From assembly GCA_965215005.1 (NCBI GenBank), contig CBDCCZ010000023.1, positions 32,001 through 96,000 on the forward strand: a DNA stretch of 64,000 bases, read 5' to 3'. The position numbers and the translations under genes are program-made. This document shows positions 61,230-64,000 of this stretch, piece after piece; positions within the stretch are counted from its first letter, which is position 1; each line of letters starts with the position of its first letter. This DNA is from Kofleriaceae bacterium. Its GTDB lineage: Bacteria > Myxococcota_A > Polyangia > Haliangiales > Haliangiaceae. Under the pieces are notes generated by a model. It was not told where the DNA came from. It saw nothing but the letters and a program-made list of their open reading frames with translations, and did not search any database.

Positions 61230-61703
61230 TTAGGCGGCCTCGATCTTGCGAAACAGATCAACCATTTCAATGGCAGACATCGCCGCGTCAAATCCTTTAT
61301 TGCCTGCTTTGGTGCCGGCGCGCTCGATCGCCTGTTCGATGGTATCGGTGGTGATCACGCCAAAACTAACCGGAACCTGCGCCGTCGCGGCTACCGAAGA
61401 AACACCCTTGGCCGCTTCGCCGGCGACATACTCAAAGTGTGGCGTGGCGCCGCGGATGACCGCGCCAAGGCACACCACCGCATCCACCCCGCCACGATCG
61501 ACCACTCGCCGCAGCAGCTGCGGCAACTCGTACGCACCGGGACATCGATAGATCACCACGTCGGCATCGGCGCCACCGGTGCGCAAGAATGCATCCACGG
61601 CGCCATTGATCATCGGGTCGACGATGAAGCCATTGAACCGACTGGCGACGATAGCCAGCTTCAATCCAACACTCGAAAGCTGCCCTTCAATGATCGTTGG
61701 CAT
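61230..61703 (-). CDS. ribH: 6,7-dimethyl-8-ribityllumazine synthase
   Basis: IVASRFN, PGAYELP, LGAVIRGATPHFEYV, AIERAGTKAGNKG. Confidence 0.96.
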   Translation of the reverse strand: MPTIIEGQLSSVGLKLAIVASRFNGFIVDPMINGAVDAFLRTGGADADVVIYRCPGAYELPQLLRRVVDRGGVDAVVCLGAVIRGATPHFEYVAGEAAKGVSSVAATAQVPVSFGVITTDTIEQAIERAGTKAGNKGFDAAMSAIEMVDLFRKIEAA

Positions 61704-61705
61704 CG

Positions 61706-62887
61706 TCACTCTCCTGCCGAGCGGGTCGCCAGGCGCACCACTCGACCACCCTGAGCAGGTTCTTTGATCGCCACTCGCTCGACCACCTCGATGCCAAAGC
61801 CCTCGATACCGACGATGCGCCGCTCGCTGTTGGACATCAGCCGAATACGCTTGCAACCGAGATCCGCCAACACCTGCGCCCCTAGCCCAAAGTCGCGCAA
61901 GACCTCACTAGAAGGCGATGCCGCCGGCTCGGCGGGCTCGCGCTGAAGGACATGACGCTCAAACGAGCGCTCTAGGCTGGTGCGTGCCTTGTTGAAGACA
62001 TACAGGAAGACGCCCACCCCCGCCTCGTCGATCGCGGTCAAAGCGGCATCTAAATTCGGACGCACTGCGAACGGATCCGCCAGCGGATCGAGCGACTGCA
62101 CGCGCACCAACACCGCTTCGCCGCGGGCGCACGCCGACCGCACATCGCCGCGAACCAACGCCATGTACTCGGTATCCTCGACATCGGTTGCATAGAAGTA
62201 CGCACGCAGCGCCTCGCCGCTGCCAAGGATCCCCGGTCGCAGCTCACCTTCGGCCTTGGGCCGTACGATTCGCTCGCGCTGCAGCCGATAGGCAATCAGC
62301 TCGGCCACCGACACGATGCGCAGCGAATGCTCATTGGCAAACAGCTCCAGATCGGGCATGCGAGCCATCTCGCCGTCATCGCGCATGATCTCGCAGATAA
62401 CGCCCGCCGGCTTGAGACCTGCGAGCCGCGCCAAGTCTACCGAGCCTTCGGTCTGGCCGGTGCGCACCAGCACCCCGCCAGGACGCGCCTTGAGCGGAAA
62501 CACGTGCCCCGGCGACACCAGATCTTCGGGACGCGCGTCGTCGGCGATGGCCACCTGCACCGTGTGGGCGCGGTCGCGTGCGGAGATGCCAGTGGAGACG
62601 CCGTGCCGCGCTTCGACCGAGACCGTGAACGCGGTGCCAAGCGAGGCCTGGTTGTCGCGCACCATCATCGGCAGCTTGAGCTGATCGATCTGCGCTTCAT
62701 CGAGGCTGAGACAGATGAGCCCGCGGCCGTGCGTGGCCATGAAGTTGATCGCCTCGGGGGTGACCTTCTCGGCGGCCAACACCAGATCGCCTTCGTTTTC
62801 ACGGTCCTCGTCATCCACGAGGATGACCATCTTGCCCTGGCGAATGTCTTCGATGGCGCGTTCGACGCGGTGAATGGCACTGTTCAT
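61706..62887 (-). CDS. ribB: DHBP synthase fused to a degenerate GTP cyclohydrolase II domain (RibBX-like)
   Basis: [38 protein letters not shown]; the C-terminal domain lacks the GCH II Cys ligands. Confidence 0.92.
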   Translation of the reverse strand: MNSAIHRVERAIEDIRQGKMVILVDDEDRENEGDLVLAAEKVTPEAINFMATHGRGLICLSLDEAQIDQLKLPMMVRDNQASLGTAFTVSVEARHGVSTGISARDRAHTVQVAIADDARPEDLVSPGHVFPLKARPGGVLVRTGQTEGSVDLARLAGLKPAGVICEIMRDDGEMARMPDLELFANEHSLRIVSVAELIAYRLQRERIVRPKAEGELRPGILGSGEALRAYFYATDVEDTEYMALVRGDVRSACARGEAVLVRVQSLDPLADPFAVRPNLDAALTAIDEAGVGVFLYVFNKARTSLERSFERHVLQREPAEPAASPSSEVLRDFGLGAQVLADLGCKRIRLMSNSERRIVGIEGFGIEVVERVAIKEPAQGGRVVRLATRSAGE

Positions 62888-63486
62888 GAGCGGCTATATC
62901 CCCCGAGAAGCTTCTCGACGTACTTCCCGATGATGTCGACCTCGAGGTTCACGCGCTGGCCGAGCGTCTTGCGCGCTAGGGTCGTGCTGGTAACCGTGTG
63001 TGGAATGAGCGCGACCGAGAAGCAATAGTCGTCCACGTGGTTGATCGTCAAGCTGATCCCGTCAATACAGATCGAGCCTTTCTCGACCACGTAACGCAGC
63101 ACCTGGCTGCTGCACGTGAACGCGAGCTCGAGGTTGGCGCCGCGGTCACGGCGCTCGCGCAACTCTCCGAGGCCATCGACGTGGCCCGACACCAAGTGGC
63201 CACCGAGGCGCGCGCCCACCGCCAACGCTCGCTCGAGATTGAGCGCCGCATCGACGACGAGCTCCCCGAGCGTGGTTCGCCGCAGGGTTTCCGCGCCCGC
63301 CAACACGGTAAAAGTGCGCGCGTCAGTGGCAGTGACCGTGAGGCACGCGCCGTCGCACGCAACGGATTCACCGAGCGTTAGCTCGGCCACCGGCATCGCC
63401 GTCGGCTCGATCACGAGCTCGAGGGCATCCGCGTGGTGCGTCGCGCGCGCGATGCGCCCGACATCTTCGACCAGTCCTGTAAACAC
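62884..63486 (-). CDS. ribE: Riboflavin synthase
   Basis: MFTGLVE, GACLTV, NLERAL, GGHLVSGHVDG, KGSICIDGISLT, NLEVD. Confidence 0.95.
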   Translation of the reverse strand: MFTGLVEDVGRIARATHHADALELVIEPTAMPVAELTLGESVACDGACLTVTATDARTFTVLAGAETLRRTTLGELVVDAALNLERALAVGARLGGHLVSGHVDGLGELRERRDRGANLELAFTCSSQVLRYVVEKGSICIDGISLTINHVDDYCFSVALIPHTVTSTTLARKTLGQRVNLEVDIIGKYVEKLLGGYSRS

Positions 63487-63734
63487 GGAACTTCGCTATC
63501 CTTTACAGTTCGGCGCGCACTGTAGCACGGCCCCTTCGCAGCGGCGCCAAGCAGCCACAGCGAGGCACTTGAGCCCGCTGCAAGCGCGCCCTGCTCCGCC
63601 ACCGTGCGAGCGCCGCAGCGCATACCGCGGCTGCACGCCAGGCCTCGAGAGTGACCTCGAAACCAGAATCGACTGGTACGGGCCTTGTATCCGCCCGTCG
63701 TCGCGAAGCGCTTCCCCGACTTGGAGACGAATCA

Positions 63735-64000
63735 ATGCATGCACTGCGCCCTTCCACCATTGCCCTTGGCGCCTTGACCGGCGATGGCGGCGTGACCTTT
63801 CGACTGTGGGCGCCCACCGCCGAGAGCGCTGCTCTACACCTAGAAGGTCACGCGCCCAAGCCCATGGAGCCAGCCAAGGGCGGCTACTTCGAGCTAACAA
63901 CCCGAGCCCAGCCCGGCACGCGCTATCGCTTGCAAGCTGGCGATGAGCCGCGTCCCGATCCAGCGTCGCGGTTTCAGCCCGATGGTGTTCACGGTGCTTC
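63735..64000 (+). CDS. treZ: Malto-oligosyltrehalose trehalohydrolase-like GH13, N-terminal part (runs off the window end)
   Basis: Manual translation GVTFRLWAP...PME..KGGYF.....PGTRYRL.....PDPASRFQPDGVHG. Confidence 0.8.
   Translation, partial: MHALRPSTIALGALTGDGGVTFRLWAPTAESAALHLEGHAPKPMEPAKGGYFELTTRAQPGTRYRLQAGDEPRPDPASRFQPDGVHGA

Noticed and set aside
63487..63734. FMN riboswitch upstream of the rib cluster
   Set aside because: I could not find the conserved RFN motifs on the minus strand.

Overview
High-GC chromosomal window, most likely from a myxobacterium (inferred from Cys-rich DUF4215/fibro-slime protein, multidomain Ser/Thr kinases and myxobacterial-type Y1 transposase). Most genes are housekeeping or metabolic: a rib-nusB cluster, xerD, scpA-scpB-rluB, tldD/tldE, mscL, cysQ, an acyl-CoA carboxylase pair, guaB1-like, and two inverted initiator tRNA-Met copies. 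The standout is a tightly packed 8-gene minus-strand operon (33674-41346) encoding an apparently complete ubiquitin-like conjugation system. It has a Ubl ending TAG-VY, an E1, a membrane-anchored JAB, an HPN-type E2 fused to a C3HC4 RING-like tail, two membrane-anchored Prok-RING-like proteins, a degenerate FHA membrane protein, DUF2752 and a membrane trypsin-like protease. It lies in a rearranged segment marked by decayed duplicates of neighbouring genes (acyl-CoA dehydrogenase 3' end, tldE) and an IS21-like remnant. Also notable: two orphan double-glycine-leader peptides, a PYP-like histidine kinase with Y42F, an intact but catalytically dead Y1 transposase, tRNA-3'-end tandem repeats and a long Ser/Gly/Arg repeat tail on RluB. 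All calls come from reading motifs by eye; no searches were run.
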